Origin: a virus
Lineage: Duplodnaviria; Caudoviricetes
Strand: one strand, 5' to 3'
Virus record (IMG/VR): IMGVR_UViG_3300035701_000030
Span: 1-61,499 of that record
DNA length: 61,499 nt
Below the pieces are notes generated by a model, which did no database searches, was not told the DNA's origin, and was given only the letters and a program-made list of their open reading frames with translations. Both the position numbers and the translations under genes were made by a program. Shown in pieces: positions 30,084 to 39,506 of this stretch; the stretch's first letter is position 1; each line of letters begins with the position of its first letter.

Positions 30084-30341
30084 ATGGAAGAAGCGTTCAA
30101 AGTCAAAACAACTGCGTGGAAGAATCATAGTCTCGATGATTCTTATGATATTGAGTACTCTGGCGGTTGGATGGTTAGTAACTGGAAGGATGATGAATCA
30201 GGCGGCAAGGGACTTTGCCTGTTAACCAACTATGCAACAGCCAAAGGTAATGTAGTATCTGTTCAAACCGTTATTTCAAAGGATAATCTTATCAAAGCGC
30301 TAGCACTTCTAGTGGATGAGGAAAAAGATGAAGCAGAATAA
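30084..30341 (+). CDS. Hypothetical protein
   Basis: SD AAGGA. Confidence 0.55.
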   Translation: MEEAFKVKTTAWKNHSLDDSYDIEYSGGWMVSNWKDDESGGKGLCLLTNYATAKGNVVSVQTVISKDNLIKALALLVDEEKDEAE

Positions 30342-30558
30342 ATACGTCAGAGAAAACCATGACATTATTGTTACTTTTAGTGATGATATTACTACTGCCG
30401 AAATTTGGGATAGGCAGGGAAATTATGCACGCGGTAACTCTAAGCATCATCCCGACGATTCCTATGTCGAAAGGTTTGGTCAAAGATTGGCATTAGCCCG
30501 TGCATATTCTCGCTACTATCGCAAGATCGAAAAACAATTAGTAAGGAGTACCAAATGA
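30328..30558 (+). CDS. Conserved-type phage protein (G.SK.HP.D.Y...G..LAL.RA)
   Basis: Motif recognised from small dsRBD-like phage proteins; SD GAGG. Confidence 0.55.
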   Translation: MKQNKYVRENHDIIVTFSDDITTAEIWDRQGNYARGNSKHHPDDSYVERFGQRLALARAYSRYYRKIEKQLVRSTK

Positions 30559-30770
30559 TGGAAGAACTTATTGTTGATCTAGAATATATTAAAGAGCGAG
30601 TAGCCCTAGTTGAACTAGCAAAGGATGATCCCGAATCGGCACATATCGTACAAGACGACCTCTGGTATAGCGTTCTTGTGGCTATTGCAGAAGGAACTGA
30701 AAATGCTTCTGAGTTAGCAAGGGCTGCGCTTCAAGTTATTGATATTGACTATCCTAGGTGGCACGCATAA
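30555..30770 (+). CDS. Hypothetical protein (DPE.AH...D.L...L..IA)
   Basis: SD AAGGAG; recurrent phage motif ending RWHA. Confidence 0.6.
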   Translation: MMEELIVDLEYIKERVALVELAKDDPESAHIVQDDLWYSVLVAIAEGTENASELARAALQVIDIDYPRWHA

Positions 30771-31036
30771 TGACTAAGTTTGATTCGTTTCTAAGGACCA
30801 ACGATCTTGAAGGTACGGCAACTAATAAATATGGAGAAGCTGTTTATTTGGGCAAGGCCAATACTGTAAAGCATACCAAATACGCCTATAATATTATTTG
30901 GGATATTCCCGAGGTTACTAGCACTTCCTCTCTTGATAAAATTATTCTCCACAATGGTTCTAAAGTGTTCGGTGTTATAAATATGCCGTTTTTTAGACTG
31001 GATGGACACACGAAGGTACAGGTTACAGTTAAGTGA
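30770..31036 (+). CDS. Hypothetical protein
   Basis: TAATG coupling. Confidence 0.5.
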   Translation: MTKFDSFLRTNDLEGTATNKYGEAVYLGKANTVKHTKYAYNIIWDIPEVTSTSSLDKIILHNGSKVFGVINMPFFRLDGHTKVQVTVK

Positions 31037-31812
31037 GCATGGATCATATTAGTTATTCGTTTCTACATCTTTTGGCTTGTCCGTATGCGGCATTTCTACG
31101 GTACGAGGCTGCTCTGCGCGGTCCCACGACGATCTGGCTTGCGCTTGGTAGCGCCGTTCACTTTGCCTTAGAGGTAGGCCATACTGAGAATAATTTAGAT
31201 ATTACGCACCTAATCAATGTCTTTAAGGCTGAGTATAACCGAATTGTTACTGAAGATGAGGTTTTTGTATCGTATCCTCAACTTATAAAGCAAGAGGGTG
31301 AGGGTATGACCATGTTGGAGGTATACCATGCACAAATTAAATCTGGTCAGATCGCGGAACATCCATTGGATGTGGAGAAGGAATTTCGGATTCCAATCGC
31401 AGGAACCCATCTTGTCGGACGAATCGATAAGATCGAACAAGATGATGCAGGAGAATACAGCATTATTGACTATAAAACAGGAAAGGCAAAGCCCGATGGC
31501 TGGTTCCTAAGGCATAATGTTCAATTAACAGCCTATTACTGGGCTTGCTATGAGATATACGGGAAATACCCTAAAAAGCTAATATGGCACCATCTTAGGA
31601 CCGGGGAATTGATCGAAACTGAAAGAACTCCTGCGGATGTAGAGCAATTAAAGCTAATGATCAATAATGCTGTTAAAATGAAGTCCCTTGATATGAGGCA
31701 CAGGATATTTCACGAAAAAGTTTGTGAGTGGTGCGATTATCGCGGAGCTATCTGCGATGACCTAGAACTAGAACAAAGGGTGGTAGATAACCTTGGAAAC
31801 TCTAACAAGTGA
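31033..31812 (+). CDS. PD-(D/E)xK RecB/Cas4-like exonuclease
   Basis: SYS..CP, GSAVH, VEKEF, GRIDKI, IIDYKTG, QLTAY, CEWCDY..C. Confidence 0.9.
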   Translation: MSMDHISYSFLHLLACPYAAFLRYEAALRGPTTIWLALGSAVHFALEVGHTENNLDITHLINVFKAEYNRIVTEDEVFVSYPQLIKQEGEGMTMLEVYHAQIKSGQIAEHPLDVEKEFRIPIAGTHLVGRIDKIEQDDAGEYSIIDYKTGKAKPDGWFLRHNVQLTAYYWACYEIYGKYPKKLIWHHLRTGELIETERTPADVEQLKLMINNAVKMKSLDMRHRIFHEKVCEWCDYRGAICDDLELEQRVVDNLGNSNK

Positions 31813-32272
31813 TCACGTAACTATCGCAAGAGAGATTGCGGCGCAATCTCAATGCGTTAGAAGGCGTTATGGCTGTCTTATTACTAACGGAGTAGAAACT
31901 ACTGTTACATTCAACCTTAGAATTAGCAGATGCTGCAATAATTTCTGTGTTAGAGATTCTGTTCAACTAAAGCACGGTCAAGCCGTTGATCTTGGTGCAG
32001 AAATACATGCTGAACAGGCAGCGCTGATAAAATGGCGCTTTCCTGTCGATAAGCATACTAAAATCTTGATTCAGGCTTATAATAGCTCTACAAACGATCT
32101 TTTTTACGAGGAAAACCTTTTCCCGTGCCACGTATGCGCCTTGATGATTAAATACGCGGGATTTAAATCCGTTAACATTACTAATAGGTTGGGGGATCTA
32201 TATCCCGTTAATATTGATGAAATTATCAGTTATAGGGAAGCTGCTTGGGAGTCTTACTTGATAAATGCCTAA
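31793..32272 (+). CDS. Zn-dependent deaminase (dCMP deaminase-like)
   Basis: SQCVRRRYGC, HAEQAAL, PCHVC. Confidence 0.8.
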   Translation: METLTSDHVTIAREIAAQSQCVRRRYGCLITNGVETTVTFNLRISRCCNNFCVRDSVQLKHGQAVDLGAEIHAEQAALIKWRFPVDKHTKILIQAYNSSTNDLFYEENLFPCHVCALMIKYAGFKSVNITNRLGDLYPVNIDEIISYREAAWESYLINA

Positions 32273-32486
32273 TATTCTATCAGTACCAGACGCAATTGGG
32301 ATTTTAGCTAGCTATGGGTACGGTGATTTAGAAAAAATTCCAAATTTATTAATTAAGGTCTATGAAAACTATTTAGACTTAAAATATCCCGAAGCAACTA
32401 AATGGTTGGAGGATTATTACGATAAAATGAAGATTAATATACGAAAGGAGTTTGAAGATGGCCCTGCCGCAACCAAAACTCCCTAA
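32265..32486 (+). CDS. Hypothetical protein
   Basis: Packed ORF. Confidence 0.5.
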   Translation: MPNILSVPDAIGILASYGYGDLEKIPNLLIKVYENYLDLKYPEATKWLEDYYDKMKINIRKEFEDGPAATKTP

Positions 32487-33021
32487 AGTTGAAAATTCTA
32501 TGGATAGAATTGCTTTTTCTGGCCCAATGTGCGTTGGAAAAACTTATTTAGCTAAAGGACTTGAAACTCAAGGTTATATTAAGCTATCTTTTGCAAACTT
32601 GCTAAAATCTTTAGCCTATAGCCTTTACGGAGTACAAAGAAAGGATAACCTTAGCCGAAAACTTTTGCAAGAGTTTTCGGATGATCTTAAAAAATGGGAT
32701 AAGAACCTTTTTGTAACGTACTTGTTATCCCAAGCTAAAAAAGAAATAGATAGCGGGTATCCTAAGCTAGTAGTGGATGATCTTAGGTACAAGATTGAAG
32801 AAAAAGCTTTAAGAGAAAATGGATTTACCATTATAAACGTTATTTGTGACGAAGCTATACGTTTTAACCGCATAAAAAGACTCTATCCCGATATGGAAAT
32901 GTCACGCATGGTACATCCTTCTGAACAAGAGTGGAAAATAATGAGAAATGATTATACCGTAGCTAGTAATGATCCTATAGCTAATTATGATCTACATACC
33001 CTGATTGAAAATGGCAATTAG
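32458..33021 (+). CDS. Deoxynucleoside monophosphate kinase
   Basis: GPMCVGKT, SFANLLK, RKLLQ, VVDDLRY..E, HPSE. Confidence 0.8.
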   Translation: MALPQPKLPKVENSMDRIAFSGPMCVGKTYLAKGLETQGYIKLSFANLLKSLAYSLYGVQRKDNLSRKLLQEFSDDLKKWDKNLFVTYLLSQAKKEIDSGYPKLVVDDLRYKIEEKALRENGFTIINVICDEAIRFNRIKRLYPDMEMSRMVHPSEQEWKIMRNDYTVASNDPIANYDLHTLIENGN

Positions 33022-33553
33022 AATAGCTTTTATAGGTAAAAACAAATCGGGAAGGACTTGGGCAGCAGATTATCTACGCTCTACGCATAACTTTAAAAAA
33101 GAATCGTTAGGCGAGGGTGTAGATCGTATTATGAGGATAATGTATTACTATGGAACACATAAAAGAATCCCGTGGGAACAAAAACTCCTTGTTTATGATG
33201 CTCTTTATAAAATTGACCCAAATATTTGGATCGGGTATATGGAGCGAAAGCTTCGAACTACAACTAGGGATGTTGTTGTTGACGATACTCGTTATATTAA
33301 CGAAATAAATATACTAAAAGATTTAGACTTCACCGTTATCCGGCTGACGGCACCGGAAGTGCGCCGCAGGGCACGCCTCAAGGGCGTCAAGAGCGCATCA
33401 CAGGGCGCTCTTGCGGTCCATGAGCTATTCAACCGTAACTTCCTAGAAGTAGCCGGTGTTGATTACTCAATTTATAACGAAACAAAGGATGGAACACGAA
33501 AAGCAATAGATGAAATTTTAAAAACCCTCCGATTACTTGACACTACCCCCTAA
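33011..33553 (+). CDS. dNMP kinase paralogue with variant P-loop
   Basis: GKNKSGRT, IDPNIW, VVVDDTRYINE. Confidence 0.7.
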   Translation: MAIRIAFIGKNKSGRTWAADYLRSTHNFKKESLGEGVDRIMRIMYYYGTHKRIPWEQKLLVYDALYKIDPNIWIGYMERKLRTTTRDVVVDDTRYINEINILKDLDFTVIRLTAPEVRRRARLKGVKSASQGALAVHELFNRNFLEVAGVDYSIYNETKDGTRKAIDEILKTLRLLDTTP

Positions 33554-33566
33554 AATAATGTAAATT
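33537..33566 (+). promoter_or_regulatory. Putative sigma70 promoter
   Basis: TTGACA-18 nt-TAAATT upstream of 33612 gene. Confidence 0.5.
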
Positions 33567-33611
33567 AAGTTTTGGGGAACGTCCTGTTACCTAGACGGAG
33601 GGATTAAATAT

Positions 33612-34082
33612 ATGCGTAAACGATCAGCCCACCTATGTAGAATGTTGATAGAGGGTATTAGTAGTTACTCCCCCTATAAGGGGGGTCGTCTGTCTTATGT
33701 AAGGGACTACGATCCATCTCCGCAAATTATGGTAGATTTGACAACGAAGATGGACATAGAGTGGGCAATAAGAACGTTATCTGAGCGGGGCGAGTTGTCA
33801 AAACAAGAAATACAAATGTTGAATTATGTTATGTCAGATGGAAGATTATCAAGAAGAGATATATCCGCGATGATAAAAGAAGAGTTAGGATATTCAGTAG
33901 ATCAGCGAACAATTTCAAGAAGGTTAGAGTCTGCTTATTGGAAAATTTCCAGATTTCTTGGATTTGAGTACGGAGATGGTCGGGTATTTAAAATGGTGGC
34001 TAGACAAAAAGGCTATCCGCCCCCCTATATTCTATCTGATGATGAGATAGATAAATGTCAAGTAATCATGGAGCGGGTGTAA
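33612..34082 (+). CDS. HTH transcription factor (sigma region-4-like)
   Basis: LSKQE..L..LSRRDIS..VDQRTISRRLESA..KI. Confidence 0.55.
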   Translation: MRKRSAHLCRMLIEGISSYSPYKGGRLSYVRDYDPSPQIMVDLTTKMDIEWAIRTLSERGELSKQEIQMLNYVMSDGRLSRRDISAMIKEELGYSVDQRTISRRLESAYWKISRFLGFEYGDGRVFKMVARQKGYPPPYILSDDEIDKCQVIMERV

Positions 34083-34316
34083 ATGGTATCGCAAGAAGAA
34101 ATAGGCAATAAGATATTCTCAGAGCTTATGGGTGTTCAAGAGGAATTTGGGGATGAGATTGCGTTTGCATTCTTAGCCGGTATTAAGTTTGCTGTTAGTT
34201 TACAATCAGAATTGTTTGCTAGTGTAAATGCACAGGAAGAAGAGCAAGATTTTTCTGAAATTGCGCTTAATTTAGGGGAGTTTTATTCAAACATATCAAA
34301 GGGTGAGATTAGTTAA
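34083..34316 (+). CDS. Hypothetical protein
   Basis: Packed ORF. Confidence 0.5.
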   Translation: MVSQEEIGNKIFSELMGVQEEFGDEIAFAFLAGIKFAVSLQSELFASVNAQEEEQDFSEIALNLGEFYSNISKGEIS

Positions 34317-34537
34317 TGTCTGTTTGTTTAGTCTGTGAACGTAGAACTTCTGGATCGTTAGAGTTTTGCAAGGTTCACTATAATGAATATAAAAATGATA
34401 TTATGGAAAAAAAACCGTGGGTTCGGGCGATTAAGAATGAAGCACAAAGAGAGCGTAGAAGAAAAGAACGTGAGTTTGATAACGTATCTCTTGATCAAAT
34501 TATGGACAGGTCGTATGACCGCGATAATAGGTGGTAA
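34316..34537 (+). CDS. Small Zn-finger protein
   Basis: CLVC..FCKVH. Confidence 0.55.
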   Translation: MSVCLVCERRTSGSLEFCKVHYNEYKNDIMEKKPWVRAIKNEAQRERRRKEREFDNVSLDQIMDRSYDRDNRW

Positions 34538-34544
34538 ATAGCTT

Positions 34545-35297
34545 ATGAAGTGGACAGAAACAGAGCTTGCAGCTTTGGATGAGTGCGTAGATACTAGTTT
34601 ATCCGAGTACCATAGATTCGGGGCATTAACTAATTACAGTAGGTCATTTAATTCTTATGAGGTTAAAAAGCGGCGTGTTAGCACAGAATCCCCCGCGACA
34701 AGAAGCTACGCTAAGATGGGGATGCTTATGCCCCCACGGGAGCGTGTTACTGCCAAAGAAGTAGCAGATTTCGTAGGGTTTAATGTAGGCTTCTTTGATA
34801 TTGAAACTACCTTTTCCACCCAGCCAATTGTTCTATACGCAGCAATAGCTGATCAGTTTGGACGAGTAGAGGAATTTCGTAAGGGGCCTTCGATTATAGA
34901 TGATCAACAACTTGTAACTGATTATTGTAAAAGGCTAGAGGAGTATGATATTCTTGTAGGTTGGAATTCGGCCCTCTTTGACATTGCTGTTCTTCGTGGG
35001 CGCAATATGTATTATGGACTTCCTCCGCTTGATCCCCACATGTCAATCGATCTTATGTACAAGGCTTCTGGTGGCGCCGCGCGTATTGGTAGGCGCTCGT
35101 TGCAGAGTGTTTCTGAGTACTACGATGTGGCAAACAAAAAAACTCCCTTATCTGTTAAGATATGGGATCGCGCTATGTCCGGGGATGAGGATGCTTACAA
35201 CCTTATAGCGGAGCATTGCATTGCTGATTGTAAAGTACTGCGAGATGTGTTTCATGTTCTTAAGCGGGGTATTCGAAACATTCACCGAGCGTCCTAA
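34545..35297 (+). CDS. DEDD 3'-5' exonuclease (RNase H-like/YprB-type)
   Basis: FFDIETT, VGWNSALFD, IDL, HCIADC. Confidence 0.85.
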   Translation: MKWTETELAALDECVDTSLSEYHRFGALTNYSRSFNSYEVKKRRVSTESPATRSYAKMGMLMPPRERVTAKEVADFVGFNVGFFDIETTFSTQPIVLYAAIADQFGRVEEFRKGPSIIDDQQLVTDYCKRLEEYDILVGWNSALFDIAVLRGRNMYYGLPPLDPHMSIDLMYKASGGAARIGRRSLQSVSEYYDVANKKTPLSVKIWDRAMSGDEDAYNLIAEHCIADCKVLRDVFHVLKRGIRNIHRAS

Positions 35298-35326
35298 ACT
35301 TTACAGTATAAAGTAGGAGTGATTAT

Positions 35327-35644
35327 ATGGAAATAGTGTTAGGATTACTAATGCTGGTTCTCATAGGCGTTATTGCTTATGAGACTAGCGAGTATAAGAA
35401 AGTACAGCAGTTAACGGGCCACTTGGAGGCTTTAGTAGCTAGTTATACTGGGGCATTTACTGCTGTATCTAATGCTATTAGCTCCCTAGAAAATAAATAT
35501 GCTATGACAGCTAAAGAGCATGAAACTATAGAGGAAGAGTTAAGAACTTTAAGAGTTATCGTTGATATACATAACAGGGCACTCAATTTGAATTTGGATT
35601 TACTAAAAATTGGTAAAAATGGAAATGGTGAGCTATATTCCTAA
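35327..35644 (+). CDS. Membrane-anchored coiled-coil protein
   Basis: N-terminal TM; SD AGGAG. Confidence 0.55.
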   Translation: MEIVLGLLMLVLIGVIAYETSEYKKVQQLTGHLEALVASYTGAFTAVSNAISSLENKYAMTAKEHETIEEELRTLRVIVDIHNRALNLNLDLLKIGKNGNGELYS

Positions 35645-35691
35645 ATTTTTGGGGGGCAACATTTTCAAAACTTTTGTAGGAGTCTTTCGAC

Positions 35692-36222
35692 TTGGCTAAA
35701 TACGAAAATTCTATTATTAGAACTGGAACTGGAAGCTGGGAAAAGATGCATCAAAATATAATTGATTGGACACAAAAAAAGGCCAATGATTTTGGCCTTG
35801 CGAATTTATCTGTTCTTGAAATCGGAAGCCGCGACATTAATGGAACAATTAGGGGATGTTTTAAAGGGCCGTATGTTGGTATAGACTTTATAGATGGTCC
35901 CCTAGTTGATGTTGTTATGGATGCCCACGATTTAAAGTTTCCAGAGGGCCACTTTGACGTGGTAGCTTGTATGGAAATGCTAGAGCATGATTCCGCTTTT
36001 TGGGTTACTTTAGCCGAAGTTGCTAGGGTTTTAAAGAGCGGTGGTCATTTCTTAATGACAACACGGGGAAACGGCTTTGCCGAACACGGCTGGCCTGATG
36101 ATTACTGGAGATTTATGCGAAGTTCAGGAAAGTTAATTGCTGATTTAGCTTCTTGTGCTTTAGTATCCTCTGAAGAAGATCCCTATGCACCCGGTATTTT
36201 TGTACATGGCATGAGATATTAA
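35692..36222 (+). CDS. Class I SAM-dependent methyltransferase
   Basis: VLEIGS, YVGID, FDVVACMEMLEH, RVLKSGG, DYWRF. Confidence 0.85.
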   Translation: MAKYENSIIRTGTGSWEKMHQNIIDWTQKKANDFGLANLSVLEIGSRDINGTIRGCFKGPYVGIDFIDGPLVDVVMDAHDLKFPEGHFDVVACMEMLEHDSAFWVTLAEVARVLKSGGHFLMTTRGNGFAEHGWPDDYWRFMRSSGKLIADLASCALVSSEEDPYAPGIFVHGMRY

Positions 36223-36244
36223 GAAGGCAATTGGAGGGACAATC

Positions 36245-36430
36245 GTGGATAGAAATATCGATGTGGATAAGTTACTTCCATTGATTATAGAGCAACTAAA
36301 TGCCCATAATACAAACACTAATAAAAGAGTTCCATTAGTGGATCTAGTGGGAGATATATATATAGCTGTAGAGCTTATTGTTCATGCGTTAGAACAAATG
36401 CGTTGGGATGGAGCAGAGCATGGCCGTTAG
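36245..36430 (+). CDS. Hypothetical protein
   Basis: SD GGAGG, GTG start. Confidence 0.5.
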   Translation: MDRNIDVDKLLPLIIEQLNAHNTNTNKRVPLVDLVGDIYIAVELIVHALEQMRWDGAEHGR

Positions 36431-36626
36431 ATACTTTTGTGATATTTGCAAAAAAGAACTTACAACACCTGAAAGATATTTTATATCTTTTACTTCGGAG
36501 GATAAGAGGGGATGTAAAGAAACACTCGATATTTTAATGTCCGATCATAATTGTTACTGGAAGGTAAGGGGCTTTATTGCTAGTCTTGATCCTGAACACC
36601 AAAAGAGGTTTGTAGATGCGCTTTAA
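36420..36626 (+). CDS. Small Zn-binding protein
   Basis: FCDICK..HNC. Confidence 0.5.
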   Translation: MAVRYFCDICKKELTTPERYFISFTSEDKRGCKETLDILMSDHNCYWKVRGFIASLDPEHQKRFVDAL

Positions 36627-36864
36627 AACTGAAGAAACGATGGAGGCGTGGGAAAAAGCCACAATAACCGTGCCTCCTAAAGCAGCAGACTACGGGCAGA
36701 TCGGTCGGGCCAAAGAAGTAGGTTTTAATCTCGCTGATTTAAGCACAGAAAATCTAATGAATTTACTTAGAGAGATTACTGTTAATTTTAATTGGGAAGC
36801 AAAGATAAAGGCTAGGTCATTAGTTGAAAACTATGACAGATACAAAAAAGAAAACAAGCTCTAA
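36616..36864 (+). CDS. Hypothetical protein
   Basis: SD GAGG. Confidence 0.5.
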   Translation: MRFKTEETMEAWEKATITVPPKAADYGQIGRAKEVGFNLADLSTENLMNLLREITVNFNWEAKIKARSLVENYDRYKKENKL

Positions 36865-37003
36865 GTACTGGTATTTTATAGATATCAGTTATTGCCCAGC
36901 GTGTAATTCCACAGAAACTATACGTACCAGAATGTATACGGAGAAGCCTAAGAATTGGGATGATAGGCACGATTATAGCGAATCGTATGATTATTGTGGA
37001 TGA
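36833..37003 (+). CDS. 56-aa protein not in ORF track (MTDTKKKTSSKYWY..CPAC..YDYCG)
   Basis: Fills gap exactly; CxxC. Confidence 0.55.
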   Translation: MTDTKKKTSSKYWYFIDISYCPACNSTETIRTRMYTEKPKNWDDRHDYSESYDYCG

Positions 37004-37006
37004 CCT

Positions 37007-37357
37007 ATGAGTGTGGAGTCGCGTAGAAGCTACATAGCAAGGTATAACTTGGCTAGATATAACAAAAGAAAGGCCGAGGCAATCGAAATCCTCGGCGGTG
37101 TTTGTGTGGTATGCGGTTCTACAGAAGATTTACAGTTTGATCATCTCAATCCAAGTACAAAGAAATTCTCTTTAGGAAAGCTCTGGTCCTCGTCGCAGGA
37201 AGTATTCCTAGAGGAACTTTCAAAGTGCCAATTGCTATGCTTTACAGACCATCAAATCAAAACGATTGTGTTTGATAAGAAACAGGAAGTTCACATGGGA
37301 AAAGAACCGCCTAGAAGAAAACCTAGGCCAAGATCGGGCATATTAGATCAAAAATAA
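37007..37357 (+). CDS. HNH endonuclease
   Basis: LGGVCVVCGSTEDLQFDH..KCQLLC..H..KT. Confidence 0.85.
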   Translation: MSVESRRSYIARYNLARYNKRKAEAIEILGGVCVVCGSTEDLQFDHLNPSTKKFSLGKLWSSSQEVFLEELSKCQLLCFTDHQIKTIVFDKKQEVHMGKEPPRRKPRPRSGILDQK

Positions 37358-37390
37358 AGCCGGGAGCATTTCGCTCCCGGCTCTTTTTAT
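37351..37390. terminator. Bidirectional terminator at arm convergence
   Basis: AAAATAA-AGCCGGGAGC-ATTTC-GCTCCCGGCT-CTTTTT between convergent stops. Confidence 0.9.
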
Positions 37391-37566
37391 TTATTTGGGT
37401 GATGGGTAATATAGGCCCAGCGATCAGTCCACTCTCCTGCTTTATTATCGTAGACTTGTGACTTTACCCCAACGGACCAGAATCCCCACCTGTTTCGTAT
37501 GTATATTCTAAATGGGTGGCCGTATTTCTTGCTACACTCAGACCACGGATGGTCAATATGTATCAT
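37387..37566 (-). CDS. 59-aa hypothetical protein not in track
   Basis: MIHIDHPWSEC..; ATGA coupling. Confidence 0.5.
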   Translation of the reverse strand: MIHIDHPWSECSKKYGHPFRIYIRNRWGFWSVGVKSQVYDNKAGEWTDRWAYITHHPNK

Positions 37567-37811
37567 AATACATTTTTGTCAAGCCTAGAAAAGTACTCCT
37601 CGTCGAGAATTTCTAGCAAATGTTTTTGGTAAGCGTTTGGCTCTTTCCACTCTTTAGGAAGCGGGTGAATAAAGGGGTCACAAGAACAGATTATAATATT
37701 CCAAGGTTCCCGTTGATCCCCTATGTCTCTTATGTGCGGGCTATGTAGTTTGAATAAGTATGTTAACCAAGCATCTCGGGGAACATTAATCATTCTTCTT
37801 CTTCTTCTCAA
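37563..37811 (-). CDS. Hypothetical protein
   Basis: Packed minus-strand operon. Confidence 0.5.
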   Translation of the reverse strand: MRRRRRMINVPRDAWLTYLFKLHSPHIRDIGDQREPWNIIICSCDPFIHPLPKEWKEPNAYQKHLLEILDEEYFSRLDKNVL

Positions 37812-38014
37812 CGTGGATCATACCGTCCGTCACAATCCCCGACAATATGCATATTTATGTTACAAAATACGCATAATGTTTTGCTTTGATGCGTAGGATC
37901 ATTACATGGAACATACCAATCTTTGCAACAAAGACAACTCTTTTCGTTAAATAACTCATTCATGTCTCTTTCATAAGAATCACTAAGTTCTTCTTTTTCA
38001 AGCAAAGCTACCAT
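37808..38014 (-). CDS. Small Cys-rich protein
   Basis: CLCC..C..H..CVFC. Confidence 0.5.
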   Translation of the reverse strand: MVALLEKEELSDSYERDMNELFNEKSCLCCKDWYVPCNDPTHQSKTLCVFCNINMHIVGDCDGRYDPR

Positions 38015-38015
38015 T

Positions 38016-38315
38016 TTATTTAGCCCCTCTTAGATATATCATCTTATTAACCTTAGTAAGTAACTCTTCTGATGAGAGTCCTGTTCTTTCAGCCTCTACA
38101 ACACAAGTCTCTTCTGTAAATGTATCTGGTCTACCTTCTTGCGTCCATTTAACATGGATAGGAGTATGGTCTACGCCATACAGAAAGGAGATAGGGCACA
38201 GATTACAGGAGATATACCCGGTGAAGTGCGGGGGTGCATCCCATCCCTTATTAAAGGCTTCCTCTGCATCTACAAACTCCGTAGTAACGCTACAGCATTG
38301 ACAAGTAAGTAACAT
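38016..38315 (-). CDS. Small Zn-binding protein (CQCC..AF..GWD.PP..C..CP)
   Basis: Recurrent phage motif. Confidence 0.55.
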   Translation of the reverse strand: MLLTCQCCSVTTEFVDAEEAFNKGWDAPPHFTGYISCNLCPISFLYGVDHTPIHVKWTQEGRPDTFTEETCVVEAERTGLSSEELLTKVNKMIYLRGAK

Positions 38316-38556
38316 ATTTTTCCCATTTAGTTATAAAGTTTTGAAGAGCCTCTTCGGGCGTAGATCCAAATGCTTCTATATAGCCGGGATAAGGTAATTT
38401 TTCATATATCCTTGGTTGAAAAATACCCGTTTTGCTAAAGGCTACCCTATATAAGTGTGTCTTATCCTTTATCCAAGGTCTATACTCTATAAAGAACTGA
38501 CCTACTGAGCTTTTCTTAGGAAGTAAAGCAATAGCTTGCTCCCAAAGTTTTTTCAT
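38290..38556 (-). CDS. Hypothetical protein (..G.TPEEAL..)
   Basis: Packed ORF. Confidence 0.5.
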   Translation of the reverse strand: MKKLWEQAIALLPKKSSVGQFFIEYRPWIKDKTHLYRVAFSKTGIFQPRIYEKLPYPGYIEAFGSTPEEALQNFITKWEKYVTYLSML

Positions 38557-38849
38557 TCCTTGGCTCTATATCCAATAGACTCTAGATATTTGATAATAGA
38601 GTCAGCAGTAAATTCTGCTGCCCTTGTATCTGCGCCCGTGAATACCCTAATATCATTAATAATGGTATCACGGATCATGGTTTCAACTTCTGCCTTTTCA
38701 TAAGCGCTCACCGGCCGTCTGCGAATCGTTCGCCCATCCATGAACATGCGGGCAAAGTTGATATTTTTTGGGCAAGTCTTTGGATTATGCCACCCAAAAT
38801 GACAAGTGCCCATATGATCTGTATTGCCCCCACATGCGCAATCAATCAT
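38553..38849 (-). CDS. Hypothetical protein
   Basis: ATGA coupling. Confidence 0.5.
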   Translation of the reverse strand: MIDCACGGNTDHMGTCHFGWHNPKTCPKNINFARMFMDGRTIRRRPVSAYEKAEVETMIRDTIINDIRVFTGADTRAAEFTADSIIKYLESIGYRAKE

Positions 38850-39160
38850 GGCACGTTCGGTTCCGCGCAACACAACCTACCACTCTCATCTAAATGGCAT
38901 CCGTGCATCCCCCAAGTACCCTTTGCTCCCGGCTTAGATATTGATTCAAGGAAAGCTACACTATCGGGATCAGGATGGCCTACGCCATGTTCGCATATTC
39001 TTTCAATAAGAGGAAATGCCCATGCATCCGTTCTTAGGTTCATAGGCCAGCTACGCATCTTATGTTCCGAGGGATTATGGAAAGTGCAATGCCTTCCTTT
39101 ACAATCCTTCTTATAGTGATATTTCATGCCATCTTTCTTGGCATCACCTGTAATAATCAT
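38846..39160 (-). CDS. His/Cys-rich protein (CTFHNPS.H..ERIC.HGVGHPDPD)
   Basis: Recurrent phage motif; SD GAGG. Confidence 0.6.
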   Translation of the reverse strand: MIITGDAKKDGMKYHYKKDCKGRHCTFHNPSEHKMRSWPMNLRTDAWAFPLIERICEHGVGHPDPDSVAFLESISKPGAKGTWGMHGCHLDESGRLCCAEPNVP

Positions 39161-39506
39161 CCTTACCTCTTTCGAAGGGCCACGAGGGGGAAATGTTGTG
39201 GATCTTAGCCATATGGCTTTCATACTCGTTATAGTCGTGATATGCTCCATCCCTGCCCCAGTTGCACATACCACAAGTATAGGGGTGCCTAGTCATAATG
39301 GGGGTATCATCATTCTCAAAGAAGTCTAAATAGATTGTTGCCCCACCATCAATATTTTCTACGTATTGATATGGAAAGCCTACTTCCGCCTCTCCTTGGG
39401 CATCCCAGCCCTCATGAGTATCTTTACACAAATAACAAAGAGCGGGACTTACAGTATGATGGCACAAGCAATCGCAGGGCCACCTAATTTTAATTTTGTA
39501 CTTCAT
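39144..39506 (-). CDS. Cys/His-rich hypothetical protein
   Basis: CDCLCH, CGMC..H..H. Confidence 0.5.
   Translation of the reverse strand: MKYKIKIRWPCDCLCHHTVSPALCYLCKDTHEGWDAQGEAEVGFPYQYVENIDGGATIYLDFFENDDTPIMTRHPYTCGMCNWGRDGAYHDYNEYESHMAKIHNISPSWPFERGKDDYYR

Noticed and set aside
31033-31812. Cas4-like gene as a sign of CRISPR-Cas
   Set aside because: No other cas genes or repeat-spacer array seen; solo PD-(D/E)xK nucleases are common in phages
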